Shown here: piece after piece, positions 1 through 15,000 of the stretch
How the letters are laid out: each line of letters starts with the position of its first letter
Position numbering within the stretch: the stretch's first letter is position 1
Assembly (NCBI GenBank): GCA_964016885.1
Contig: OZ024743.1
Coordinates: 305,846,001 to 305,910,000, forward strand
DNA: 64,000 nt
Direction of reading: 5' to 3'
From: Eledone cirrhosa
Lineage: Eukaryota
Translations under genes and position numbers: made by a program
The notes under the pieces: generated by a model
Databases searched by the model: none
Told to the model about the DNA's origin: nothing
What the model saw: only the letters and a program-made list of their open reading frames with translations

Positions 1-3000
1 AGTATATATACCTTAGAGAACAGAGATGGTCTATATCTCTAGGTACAGTATATATAACCTACAGAATAGAGATGGTCTATATATCTAGGTACAGTATATA
101 TACCTTAGAGAACAGAGATGGTCTATATGTCTAGGTACAATATATATAACTTAAAGAAGAGAGCTGGTCTATATCTCTAGGTACAGTAAATATACCTTAG
201 AGAACAGAGATGGTCTATATCTCTAGGTACACTATATATACCTTAGAGGACAGTGATAGTCTATATCTCTAGGTGCAGTATATATACCTTTGAGAACTGA
301 GATGGTCTATATCTCTGGGTACTGTATATATACCTTAGAGAACAGAGTTTGTCTAGTTCTCTAGGTTCAGTATATATATCCTAGAGAACAGATTTGGTCT
401 ATATCTCTATGTACAGTATATATACCTTCGAGAACAGAGGTGGTCTATATCTCTAGGTACAGTATATATACCTTAGAGAACAGAGATGGTCTCTATGTCT
501 ACATACAGTATATATACCTTAGAGAACAGAGATAGTCTATATCTCTAGGTACAGTATATATACCTTAGAGAACATAGATTGTCTAATATCTCTGGGTACA
601 GTATGTTTACCCTAGAGAACAGAGCTGGTCTATATCTCTAGGTACAGGATATATACCCTAGAGAAGAGAGATGGTCTATATCTCTAGGTACAGTATAAAT
701 ACCCTAGAGAACAGAGATGGTCTATATCTCTAGGTACAGTATATATACCCTAGAGAACAGAGATGGTCTATATGTCTAGGTACATTATATATACCTCAAT
801 GAAGAGAGATGGTCTGTATCTCTAGGTACAGTATATATACCTTAAAGAAGAGAGATGGTCTATATCTCTAGGTACAGTATATATACCCTAGAGAAGAGAG
901 ATGGTCTATATCTCTAGGTACAGTATATATACCTTAGAGAACAGAGATGGCCTATATCTCTAGGTACAGTATATATACCCTAGAGAACAGAGATGGTCTA
1001 TATCTCTAAGTATAGTATATATACCCTAGAGAAGAGAGATGGTCTATATCTCTAGGTACAGTATATATACCCTAGAGAAGAGAGATGGTCTATATCTCTA
1101 GGTACAGTATGAATACCCTAGAGAACAGAGATGGTCTATATCTCTAGGTACAATATATATACCTTAGAGAACAGAGATGGTCTATATGTTTAGGTACAAT
1201 ATATATACCTTAAAGAAGAGAGATGGTCTATATCTCTAGGTACAGTATATATACCTTAAAGAACAGAGATGGTCTATATGTCTAAGTACAGTGTATATAC
1301 CCTAGAGAACAGAGATGGTCTATATGTCTAGGTACAGTATATATACCCTAGAGAACAGAAGGTCTATATCTCTAGGTACACTATATATACCCAAGAGAAC
1401 AGAGATGGTCTATATCTCTAGGTAGAATATATATACACTAGAGAACAGAGATGGTCTATATGTCTAGGTACCGTATATATACTTTAGAGAACAGAGATGG
1501 TATATATCTCAAGGTACCCTAGAGAACAGATGGTCTATATGTCTAGGTACAATATATATACCTTAAAGAAGAGAGATGGTCTATATCTCTAGGTACAGTA
1601 TATATAGCTTAGAGAACAGAGAAGCTCTATATCTCTAGGTACAGTATATATACCTTAGAGAAGAGAGATGGTCTATATCTCTAGGTACAGTATATATACC
1701 TTAGAGAACAGAGATAGTCTATATGTCTAGCTACAGTGTATATATACTAGAGAACAGATATGGTCTATATGTCTAGGTACAGTATATATACCCTAGAGAA
1801 CAGAGATGGTCTATATCTCTAGGTACACTATATATACGCTAGAGAACAGATATGGTCTATATCTCTAGGTACAGTATATATACCTTTGAGAACAGAGATG
1901 GTCTATATCTCTAGGTACAGTATATATATCCTACAGAATAGAGATGGTCTATATCTCTTGGTACAGTATATATACCTTAGAGAACAGAGATGGTCTATAT
2001 GTCTAGGTACAATATATATACCTTAAAGAAGAGAGATGGTCTATATCTCTAGGTACAGTAAATATACCTTAGAGAACAGAGATGGTCTATATCTCTAGGT
2101 ACACTATATATACGCTAGAGAACAGATATGGTCTATAAGTCTAGGTACAGTATATATACCTTAGAGAACAGAGATGCTCTATATCTCTAGGTACACTATA
2201 TATACCTTAGAGGACAGTGATAGTCTATATCTCTAGGTACAATATATATACCTTTGAGAACTGAGATGGTCTATATCTCTAGGTACAGTATATATACCTT
2301 AGAGAACAGAGATGGTCTATATGTCTAGATACAGTATATATACCTTAGAGAACAGAGATGGTCTATATCTCCAAGTACAGTATATATACCTTAGAGAACA
2401 GAGATGGTCTATATCTCTAGGTACAGTATATATAACCTACAGAATAGAGATGGTCTATATATCTAGGTACAGTATATATACCTTAGAGAACAGAGATGGT
2501 CTATATGTCTAGGTACAATATATATAACTTAAAGAAGAGAGCTGGTCTATATCTCTAGGTACAGTAAATATACCTTAGAGAACAGAGATGGTCTATATCT
2601 CTAGGTACACTATATATACCTTAGAGGACAGTGATAGTCTATATCTCTAGGTACAGTATATATACCTTTGAGAACTGAGATGGTCTATATCTCTGGGTAC
2701 TGTATATATACCTTAGAGAACAGAGTTTGTCTAGTTCTCTAGGTTCAGTATGTATATCCTAGAGAACAGATTTGGTCTATATCTCTATGTACAGTATATA
2801 TACCTTCGAGAACAGAGGTGGTCTATATCTCTAGGTACAGTATATATACCTTAGAGAACAGAGATGGTCTCTATGTCTAGATACAGTATATATACCTTAA
2901 AGAAAAGAGATGGTCTGTATCTCTAGGTACAGTATATATACCTTAAAGAAGTGAGATGGTCTATATCTCTAGGTACAGTATATATACCCTAGAGAACAGA

Positions 3001-6000
3001 TTTGCTCTATATCTCTAGGTACAGTATATATACCTTCGAGAACAGAGATGGCCTATATCTCTAGGTACTGTATATATACCCTAGAGAACAGAGATGGTCT
3101 ATATCTCTAGGTACAGTATATATACCTTAGAGAACAGAGATGGTCTCTATGTCTAGATACAGTATATATACCTTAGAGAACAGAGATAGTCTATATCTCT
3201 AGGTAGAGTATATATACCTTAGAGAACATAGATGGTCTATATCTCTGGGTACAGTATGTTTACCCTAGAGAACAGAGATAGACTATATCTCTAGGTACAG
3301 TATATAGACCCTAGAGAAGAGAGATGGTCTATATCTCTAGGTACAGTATAAATACCCTAAAGAACAGAGATGGTCTACATCTCTAGGTACGGTATATATA
3401 CCCTAGAGAACAGAGATGGTCTATATGTCTAGGTACAGTATATATACCTTAATGAAGAGAGATGGTCTGTATCTCTAGGTACAGTATATATACCTTAAAG
3501 AAGAGAGATGGTCTATATCTCTAGGTACAGTATATATACCCTAGAGAACAGAGATGGTCTATATCTCTAGGTACAGTATATATACCTTAGAGAACAGAGA
3601 TGGTCTATATGTCTAGGTACAGTGTATATACCCGAGAGAACAGATTTGGTCTATATCTCTAGGTACAGTATATATACCTTCGAGAACAGAGATGGCCTAT
3701 ATCTCTAGGTACAGTATATATACCCTAGAGAACAGAGGTGGTCTATATCTCTAGGTATAGTATATATACCCTAGAAAAGAGAGATGGTCTATATCTCTAG
3801 GTACAGTATATATACCCTAGAGAAGAGAGATGGTCTATATTTCTAGGTACATTATAAATACCCTAGAGAACAGAGATGGTCTATATCTCTAGGTACAGTA
3901 TATATACCTTAAAGAACAGAGATGGTCTATATGTCTAAATACAGTGTATATACCATAGAGAACAGAGATGGTCTATATCTCTAGGTACACTATATATATC
4001 CTAGAGAACAGAGATGGTCTATATGTCTAGGTACAGTATATATACCATAGAGAACAGAGATGGTCTATATCTCTAGGTACACTATATATACCCTAGAGAA
4101 CAGAGATGGTCTATATGTCTAGGTACAGTATATATAGCCTAGAGAACAGATGGTCTATATCTCTAGATACACTATATATACCCTAGAGAACAGACATGGT
4201 TTATATGTCTAGGTACAGTATATATACCCTAGAGAACAGAGATGGTCTATATCTCTAGGTACACTATATATACGCTAGAGAACAGATATGGTCTATATGC
4301 CTAGGTACAGTATATATACCTTAGAGAACAGAGATGGTCTATATGTCTAGGTACAGTATATATTCCCTAGAGAACAGAGACGGTCTATATCTCCAAGTAC
4401 AGTATATATACCTTAGAGAACAGAGATGGTCTATATCTCTAGGTACAGTATATATAACCTACAGAATAGAGATGGTCTATATATCTAGGTACAGTATATA
4501 TACGTTAGAGAACAGAGATGGTCTATATGTCTAGGTACAATATATATAACTTAAAGAAGAGAGCTGGTCTATATCTCTAGGTACAGTAAATATACCTTAG
4601 AGAACAGAGATGGTCTATATCTCTAGGTACACTATATATACCTTAGAGGACAATGATAGTCTATATCTCTAGGTACAGTATATATACCTTTGAGAACTGA
4701 GATGGTCTATATCTCTGGGTACTGTATATATACCTTAGAGAACAGAGTTTGTCTAGTTCTCTAGCTTCAGTATATATATCCTAGAGAACAGATTTGGTCT
4801 ATATCTCTATGTACAGTATATATACCTTCGAGAACAGAGGTGGTCTATATCTCTAGGTACCGTATATATACCTTAGAGAACAGAGATGGTCTCTATGTCT
4901 ACATACAGTATATATACCTTAGAGAACAGAGATAGTCTATATCTCTAGGTACAGTATATATACCTTAGAGCACATAAATTGTCTAATATCTCTGGGTACA
5001 GTATGTTTACCCTAGAGAACAGAGCTGGTCTATATTTCTAGGTACAGGATATATACCCTAGAGAAGAGAGATGGTCTATATCTCTAGGTACAGTATAAAT
5101 ACCCTAGAGAACAGAGATGGTCTATATCTCTAGGTACAGTATATATACCCTAGAGAACAGAGATGGTCTATATGTCTAGGTACAGTATATATACCTCAAT
5201 GAAGAGAGATGGTCTGTATCTCTAGGTACAGTATATATACCTTAAAGAAGAGAGATGGTCTATATCTCTAGGTACAGTATATATACCCTAGAGAAGAGAG
5301 ATGGTCTATATCTCTAGGTACAGTATATATACCTTAGAGAACAGAGATGGCCTATATCTCTAGGTACAGTATATATACCCTAGAGAACAGAGATGGTCTA
5401 TATCTCTAAGTATAGTATATATACCCTAGAGAAGAGAGATGGTCTATATCTCTAGGTACAGTATATATACCCTAGAGAAGAGAGATGGTCTATATCTCTA
5501 GGTACAGTATAAATACCCTAGAGAACAGAGATGGTCTATATCTCTAGGTACAGTATATATACCTTAGAGAACAGAGATGGTCTATATGTTTAGGTACAAT
5601 ATATATACCTTAAAGAAGAGAGATGGTCTATATCTCTAGGTACAGTATATATACCTTAAAGAACAGAGATGGTCTATATGTCTAAGTACAGTGTATATAC
5701 CCTAGAGAACAGAGATGGTCTATATGTCTAGGTACAGTATATATACCCTAGAGAACAGAAGGTCTATATCTCTAGGTACACTATATATACCCAAGAGAAC
5801 AGAGATGGTCTATATCTCTAGGTAGAGTATATATACACTAGAGAACAGAGATGGTCTATATGTCTAGGTACCGTATATATACTTTAGAGAACAGAGATGG
5901 TATATATCTCTAGGTACCCTAGAGAACAGATGGTCTATATGTCTAGGTACAATATATATACCTTAAAGAAGAGAGATGGTCTATATCTCTAGGTACAGTA

Positions 6001-9000
6001 TATATAGCTTAGAGAACAGAGAAGCTCTATATCTCTAGGTACAGTATATATACCTTAGAGAAGAGAGATGGTCTATATCTCTAGGTACAGTATATATACC
6101 TTAGAGAACAGAGATAGTCTATATGTCTAGGTACAGTGTATATATACTAGAGAACAGATATGGTCTATATGTCTAGGTACAGTATATATACCCTAGAGAA
6201 CAGAGATGGTCTATATCTCTAGGTACACTATATATACGCTAGAGAACAGATATGGTCTATATCTCTAGGTACAGTATATATACCTTTGAGAACAGAGATG
6301 GTCTATATCTCTAGGTACAGTATATATACCCTACAGAATAGAGATGGTCTATATCTCTTGGTACAGTATATATACCTTAGAGAACAGAGATGGTCTATAT
6401 GTCTAGGTACAATATATATACCTTAAAGAAGAGAGATGGTCTATATCTCTAGGTACAGTAAATATACGCTAGAGAACAGATATGGTCTATATGCCTAGGT
6501 ACAGTATATATACCTTAGAGAACAGAGATGGTCTATATGTCTAGGTACAGTATATATTCCCTAGAGAACAGAGACGGTCTATATCTCCAAGTACAGTATA
6601 TATACCTTAGAGAACAGAGATGGTCTATATCTCTAGGTACAGTATATATAACCTACAGAATAGAGATGGTCTATATAACTAGGTACAGTATATATACGTT
6701 AGAGAACAGAGATGGTCTATATGTCTAGGTACAATATATATAACTTAAAGAAGAGAGCTGGTCTATATCTCTAGGTACAGTAAATATACCTTAGAGAACA
6801 GAGATGGTCTATATCTCTAGGTACACTATATATACCTTAGAGGACAGTGATAGTCTATATCTCTAGGTACAGTATATATACCTTTGAGAACTGAGATGGT
6901 CTATATCTCTGGGTACTGTATATATACCTTAGAGAACAGAGTTTGTCTAGTTCTCTAGGTTCAGTATATATATCCTAGAGAACAGATTTGGTCTATATCT
7001 CTATGTACAGTATATATACCTTCGAGAACAGAGGTGGTCTATATCTCTAGGTACAGTATATATACCTTAGAGAACAGAGATGGTCTCTATGTCTACATAC
7101 AGTATATATACCTTAGAGAACAGAGATAGTCTATATCTCTAGGTACAGTATATATACCTTAGAGCACATAAATTGTCTAATATCTCTGGGTACAGTATGT
7201 TTACCCTAGAGAACAGAGCTGGTCTATATTTCTAGGTACAGGATATATACCCTAGAGAAGAGAGATGGTCTATATCTCTATGTACAGTATAAATACCCTA
7301 GAGAACAGAGATGGTCTATATCTCTAGGTACAGTATATATACCCTAGAGAACAGAGATGGTCTATATGTCTAGGTACAGTATATATACCTCAATGAAGAG
7401 AGATGGTCTGTATCTCTAGGTACAGTATATATACCTTAAAGAAGAGAGATGGTCTATATCTCTAGGTACAGTATATATACCCTAGAGAAGAGAGATGGTC
7501 TATATCTCTAGGTACAGTATATATACCTTAGAGAACAGAGATGGCCTATATCTCTAGGTACAGTATATATACCCTAGAGAACAGAGATGGTCTATATCTC
7601 TAAGTATAGTATATATACCCTAGAGAAGAGAGATGGTCTATATCTCTAGGTACAGTATATATACCCTAGAGAAGAGAGATGGTCTATATCTCTAGGTACA
7701 GTATAAATACCCTAGAGAACAGAGATGGTCTATATCTCTAGGTACAGTATATATACCTTAGAGAACAGAGATGGTCTATATGTTTAGGTACAATATATAT
7801 ACCTTAAAGAACAGAGATGGTCTATATGTCTAAGTACAGTGTATATACCCTAGAGAACAGAGATGGTCTATATGTCTAGGTACAGTATATATACCCTAGA
7901 GAACAGAAGGTCTATATCTCTAGGTACACTATATATACCCAAGAGAACAGAGATGGTCTATATCTCTAGGTAGAGTATATATACACTAGAGAACAGAGAT
8001 GGTCTATATGTCTAGGTACCGTATATATACTTTAGAGAACAGAGATGGTATATATGTTTAGGTACAATATATATACCTTAAAGAAGAGAGATGGTCTATA
8101 TCTCTAGGTACAGTATATATACCTTAAAGAACAGAGATGGTCTATATGTCTAAGTACAGTGTATATACCCTAGAGAACAGAGATGGTCTATATGTCTAGG
8201 TACAGTATATATACCCTAGAGAACAGAAGGTCTATATCTCTAGGTACACTATATATACCCAAGAGAACAGAGATGGTGTATATCTCTAGGTAGAGTATAT
8301 ATACACTAGAGAACAGATGGTCTATATGTCTAGGTACAATATATATACCTTAAAGAAGAGAGATGGTCTATATCTCTAGGTACAGTATATATAGCTTAGA
8401 GAACAGAGAAGCTCTATATCTCTAGGTACAGTATATATACCTTAGAGAAGAGAGATGGTCTATATCTCTAGGTACAGTATATATACCTTAGAGAACAGAG
8501 ATAGTCTATATGTCTAGGTACAGTGTATATATACTAGAGAACAGAGATGGTCTATATGTCTAGGTACAATATATATAACTTAAAGAAGAGAGCTGGTCTA
8601 TATCTCTAGGTACAGTAAATATACCTTAGAGAACAGAGATGGTCTATATCTCTAGGTACACTATATATACCTTAGAGGACAGTGATAGTCTATATCTCTA
8701 GGTACAGTATATATACCTTTGAGAACTGAGATGGTCTATATCTCTGGGTACTGTATATATACCTTAGAGAACAGAGTTTGTCTAGTTCTCTAGGTTCAGT
8801 ATATATATCCTAGAGAACAGATTTGGTCTATATCTCTATGTACAGTATATATACCTTCGAGAACAGAGGTGGTCTATATCTCTAGGTACAGTATATATAC
8901 CTTAGAGAACAGAGATGGTCTCTATGTCTACATACAGTATATATACCTTAGAGAACAGAGATAGTCTATATCTCTAGGTACAGTATATATACCTTAGAGC

Positions 9001-12000
9001 ACATAAATTGTCTAATATCTCTGGGTACAGTATGTTTACCCTAGAGAACAGAGCTGGTCTATATTTCTAGGTACAGGATATATACCCTAGAGAAGAGAGA
9101 TGGTCTATATCTCTATGTACAGTATAAATACCCTAGAGAACAGAGATGGTCTATATCTCTAGGTACAGTATATATACCCTAGAGAACAGAGATGGTCTAT
9201 ATGTCTAGGTACAGTATATATACCTCAATGAAGAGAGATGGTCTGTATCTCTAGGTACAGTATATATACCTTAAAGAAGAGAGATGGTCTATATCTCTAG
9301 GTACAGTATATATACCCTAGAGAAGAGAGATGGTCTATATCTCTAGGTACAGTATATATACCTTAGAGAACAGAGATGGCCTATATCTCTAGGTACAGTA
9401 TATATACCCTAGAGAACAGAGATGGTCTATATCTCTAAGTATAGTATATATACCCTAGAGAAGAGAGATGGTCTATATCTCTAGGTACAGTATATATACC
9501 CTAGAGAAGAGAGATGGTCTATATCTCTAGGTACAGTATAAATACCCTAGAGAACAGAGATGGTCTATATCTCTAGGTACAGTATATATACCTTAGAGAA
9601 CAGAGATGGTCTATATGTTTAGGTACAATATATATACCTTAAAGAACAGAGATGGTCTATATGTCTAAGTACAGTGTATATACCCTAGAGAACAGAGATG
9701 GTCTATATGTCTAGGTACAGTATATATACCCTAGAGAACAGAAGGTCTATATCTCTAGGTACACTATATATACCCAAGAGAACAGAGATGGTCTATATCT
9801 CTAGGTAGAGTATATATACACTAGAGAACAGAGATGGTCTATATGTCTAGGTACCGTATATATACTTTAGAGAACAGAGATGGTATATATGTTTAGGTAC
9901 AATATATATACCTTAAAGAAGAGAGATGGTCTATATCTCTAGGTACAGTATATATACCTTAAAGAACAGAGATGGTCTATATGTCTAAGTACAGTGTATA
10001 TACCCTAGAGAACAGAGATGGTCTATATGTCTAGGTACAGTATATATACCCTAGAGAACAGAAGGTCTATATCTCTAGGTACACTATATATACCCAAGAG
10101 AACAGAGATGGTGTATATCTCTAGGTAGAGTATATATACACTAGAGAACAGATGGTCTATATGTCTAGGTACAATATATATACCTTAAAGAAGAGAGATG
10201 GTCTATATCTCTAGGTACAGTATATATAGCTTAGAGAACAGAGAAGCTCTATATCTCTAGGTACAGTATATATACCTTAGAGAAGAGAGATGGTCTATAT
10301 CTCTAGGTACAGTATATATACCTTAGAGAACAGAGATAGTCTATATGTCTAGGTACAGTGTATATATACTAGAGAACAGATATGGTCTATATGTCTAGGT
10401 ACAGTATATATACCCTAGAGAACAGAGATGGTCTATATCTCTAGGTACACTATATATACGCTAGAGAACAGATATGGTCTATATCTCTAGGTACAGTATA
10501 TATACCTTTGAGAACAGAGATGGTCTATATCTCTAGGTACAGTATATATACCCTACAGAATAGAGATGGTCTATATCTCTTGGTACAGTATATATACCTT
10601 AGAGAACAGAGATGGTCTATATGTCTAGGTACAATATATATACCTTAAAGAAGAGAGATGGTCTATATCTCTAGGTACAGTAAATATACCTTAGAGAACA
10701 GAGATGGTCTATATCTCTAGGTACACTATATATACGCTAGAGAACAGATATGGTCTATAAGTCTAGGTACAGTATATATACCTTAGAGAACAGAGATGCT
10801 CTATATCTCTAGGTACACTATATATACCTTAGAGGACAGTGATAGTCTATATCTCTAGGTACAATATATATACCTTTGAGAACTGAGATGGTCTATATCT
10901 CTGGGTACAGTATATATACCTTAGAGAACAGAGATGGTCTATATCTATAGGTACAGTATATATACCTTAGAGAACAGAGATGGTCTATATCTCTAGGTAC
11001 AGTATATATACCCTAGAGAACAGATTTGGTCTATATCTCTAGGTACAGTATATATACCCTAGAGAACAGAGATGGTCTATATCTCTAGGTACCGTATATA
11101 TACCTTAGAGAACAGAGATGGTCTATATCTCTAGGTACAGTATATATACCTTAGAGAACAGAGATGGTCTATATGTCTAGATACAGTATATATACCTTAG
11201 AGAACAGAGATAGTCTATATCTCTAGGTACAGTATATATACCTTAGAGAACATAGATGGTCTATATTTCTGGGTACAGTATGTTTACCCTAGAGAACAGA
11301 GATAGTCTTTATCTCTAGGTACAGTATATTTACCCTAGAGAAGAGAGATGGTCTATATCTCTAGGTACAGTATAAATACCCTAGAGAACAGAGATGGTCT
11401 ATATCTCTAGGTACAGTATATATACCTTAAAGAAGAGAGATGGTCTATATCTCAAGCTACAGTATATATACCCTAGAGAACAGATTTGGTCTATATGTCT
11501 AGGTACAGTATATATACCTTAAAGAACAGAGATGGTCTATATGTCTACGTACAGTTTATATACCCTAGAGAACAGAGATGGTCTATATCTCTAGGTACAC
11601 TATATATACACTAGAGAACAGATATGGTCTATATGTCTAGGAACAGTATATATACCCTACAGAACAGAGATGGTCTATATCTCTAGGTACACTATATATA
11701 CGCTAGAGAACAGATATGGTCTATATCTCTAGGTACAGTATATATACCTTAGAGAACAGAGATGGTCTATATCTCTAGGTACAGTATATATACCCTACAG
11801 AATAGAGATGGTCTATATCTCTAGGTACAGTATATATACCTTAGAGAACAGAGATGGTCTATATGTCTAGGTACAATATATATACCTTAAAGAAGAGAGA
11901 TGGTCTATATCTCTAGGTACAGTAAATATACCTTAGAGAACAGAGATGGTCTATATCTCTAGGTACACTATATATACGCTAGAGAACAGATATGGTCTAT

Positions 12001-15000
12001 AAGTCTAGGTACAGTATATATACCTTAGAGAACAGAGATGCTCTATATCTCTAGGTACACTATATATACCTTAGAGGACAGTGATAGTCTATATCTCTAG
12101 GTACAGTATATATACCTTTGAGAACTGAGATGGTCTATATCTCTGGGTACAGTATATATACCTTAGAGAACAGAGATGGTCTAGTTCTCTAGGTTCAGTA
12201 TATATACCTTAGAGAACAGAGATGGTCTATATCTATAGGTACAGTATATATACCTTAGAGAACAGAGATGGTCTATATCTCTAGGTACAGTATATATACC
12301 TTAGAGAACAGAGATGGTCTATATGTCTAGGTACAATATATATAACTTAAAGAAGAGAGATGGTCTATATCTCTAGGTACAGTATATATACCTGAAAGAA
12401 CAGAGATGGTCTATATGTCTAAGTACAGTGTATATACCCTAGAGAACAGAGATGGTCTATATCTCTAGGTACACTATATATATCCTAGAGAACAGAGAAG
12501 GTCTATATCTCTAGGTACACTATATATACCCAAGAGAACAGAGATGGTCTATATCTCTAGGTAGAGTATATATACACTAGAGAACAGAGATGGTCTATAT
12601 GTCTAGGTACCGTATATATACTTTAGAGAACAGAGATGGTATATATCTCTAGGTACCCTAGAGAACAGAGATGGTCTATATGTCTAGGTACAATATATAT
12701 ACCTTAAAGAAGAGAGATGGTCAATATCTCTAGGTACAGTATATATAGCATAGAGAACAGAGAAGCTCTATATCTCTAGGTACAGTATATATACCTTAGA
12801 GAACAGAGATGGTCTATATCTCTAGGTACAGTATAAATACCCTAGAGAACAGAGATGGTCTATATCTCTAGGTACAGTATATATACCTTAGAGAACAGAG
12901 ATGGTCTATATGTTTAGGTACAATATATATACCTTAAAGAACAGAGATGGTCTATATGTCTAAGTACAGTGTATATACCCTAGAGAACAGAGATGGTCTA
13001 TATGTCTAGGTACAGTATATATACCCTAGAGAACAGAAGGTCTATATCTCTAGGTACACTATATATACCCAAGAGAACAGAGATGGTCTATATCTCTAGG
13101 TAGAGTATATATACACTAGAGAACAGAGATGGTCTATATGTCTAGGTACCGTATATATACTTTAGAGAACAGAGATGGTATATATGTTTAGGTACAATAT
13201 ATATACCTTAAAGAAGAGAGATGGTCTATATCTCTAGGTACAGTATATATACCTTAAAGAACAGAGATGGTCTATATGTCTAAGTACAGTGTATATACCC
13301 TAGAGAACAGAGATGGTCTATATGTCTAGGTACAGTATATATACCCTAGAGAACAGAAGGTCTATATCTCTAGGTACACTATATATACCCAAGAGAACAG
13401 AGATGGTGTATATCTCTAGGTAGAGTATATATACACTAGAGAACAGATGGTCTATATGTCTAGGTACAATATATATACCTTAAAGAAGAGAGATGGTCTA
13501 TATCTCTAGGTACAGTATATATAGCTTAGAGAACAGAGAAGCTCTATATCTCTAGGTACAGTATATATACCTTAGAGAAGAGAGATGGTCTATATCTCTA
13601 GGTACAGTATATATACCTTAGAGAACAGAGATAGTCTATATGTCTAGGTACAGTGTATATATACTAGAGAACAGATATGGTCTATATGTCTAGGTACAGT
13701 ATATATACCCTAGAGAACAGAGATGGTCTATATCTCTAGGTACACTATATATACGCTAGAGAACAGATATGGTCTATATCTCTAGGTACAGTATATATAC
13801 CTTTGAGAACAGAGATGGTCTATATCTCTAGGTACAGTATATATACCCTACAGAATAGAGATGGTCTATATCTCTTGGTACAGTATATATACCTTAGAGA
13901 ACAGAGATGGTCTATATGTCTAGGTACAATATATATACCTTAAAGAAGAGAGATGGTCTATATCTCTAGGTACAGTAAATATACCTTAGAGAACAGAGAT
14001 GGTCTATATCTCTAGGTACACTATATATACGCTAGAGAACAGATATGGTCTATAAGTCTAGGTACAGTATATATACCTTAGAGAACAGAGATGCTCTATA
14101 TCTCTAGGTACACTATATATACCTTAGAGGACAGTGATAGTCTATATCTTTAGGTACAATATATATACCTTTGAGAACTGAGATGGTCTATATCTCTGGG
14201 TACAGTATATATACCTTAGAGAACAGAGATGGTCTATATCTATAGGTACAGTATATATACCTTAGAGAACAGAGATGGTCTATATCTCTAGGTACAGTAT
14301 ATATACCCTAGAAACAGAGATGGTCTCTATGTCTAGGTACAGTATATATACCTTAGAGAACAGAGATAGTCTATATCTCTAGATACAGTATATATACCCT
14401 AGAGAACAGAGATGGTCTATATGTCTAGGTACAGTATATATACCCTAGAGAACAGATTTGGTCTATATCTCTAGGTACAGTATATATACCCTAGAGAACA
14501 GAGATGGTCTATATCTCTAGGTACCGTATATATACCTTAGAGAACAGAGATGGTCTATATCTCTAGGTACAGTATATATACCTTAGAGAACAGAGATGGT
14601 CTATATGTCTAGATACAGTATATATACCTTAGAGAACAGAGATAGTCTATATCTCTAGGTACAGTATATATACCTTAGAGAACATAGATGGTCTATATTT
14701 CTGGGTACAGTATGTTTACCCTAGAGAACAGAGATAGTCTTTATCTCTAGGTACAGTATATTTACCCTAGAGAAGAGAGATGGTCTATATCTCTAGGTAC
14801 AGTATAAATACCCTAGAGAACAGAGATGGTCTATATCTCTAGGTACAGTATATATACCTTAAAGAAGAGAGATGGTCTATATCTCAAACTACAGTATATA
14901 TACCCTAGAGAACAGATTTGGTCTATATGTCTAGGTACAGTATATATACCTTAAAGAACAGAGATGGTCTATATGTCTACGTACAGTTTATATACCCTAG

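Noticed and set aside
2312-6728. Three near-identical 66-aa ORFs (2312, 4334, 6528; similar one at 55613)
   Set aside because: Chance read-through of satellite monomers whose point variants remove stop codons. The peptide simply cycles through the three frames of the 46-mer.
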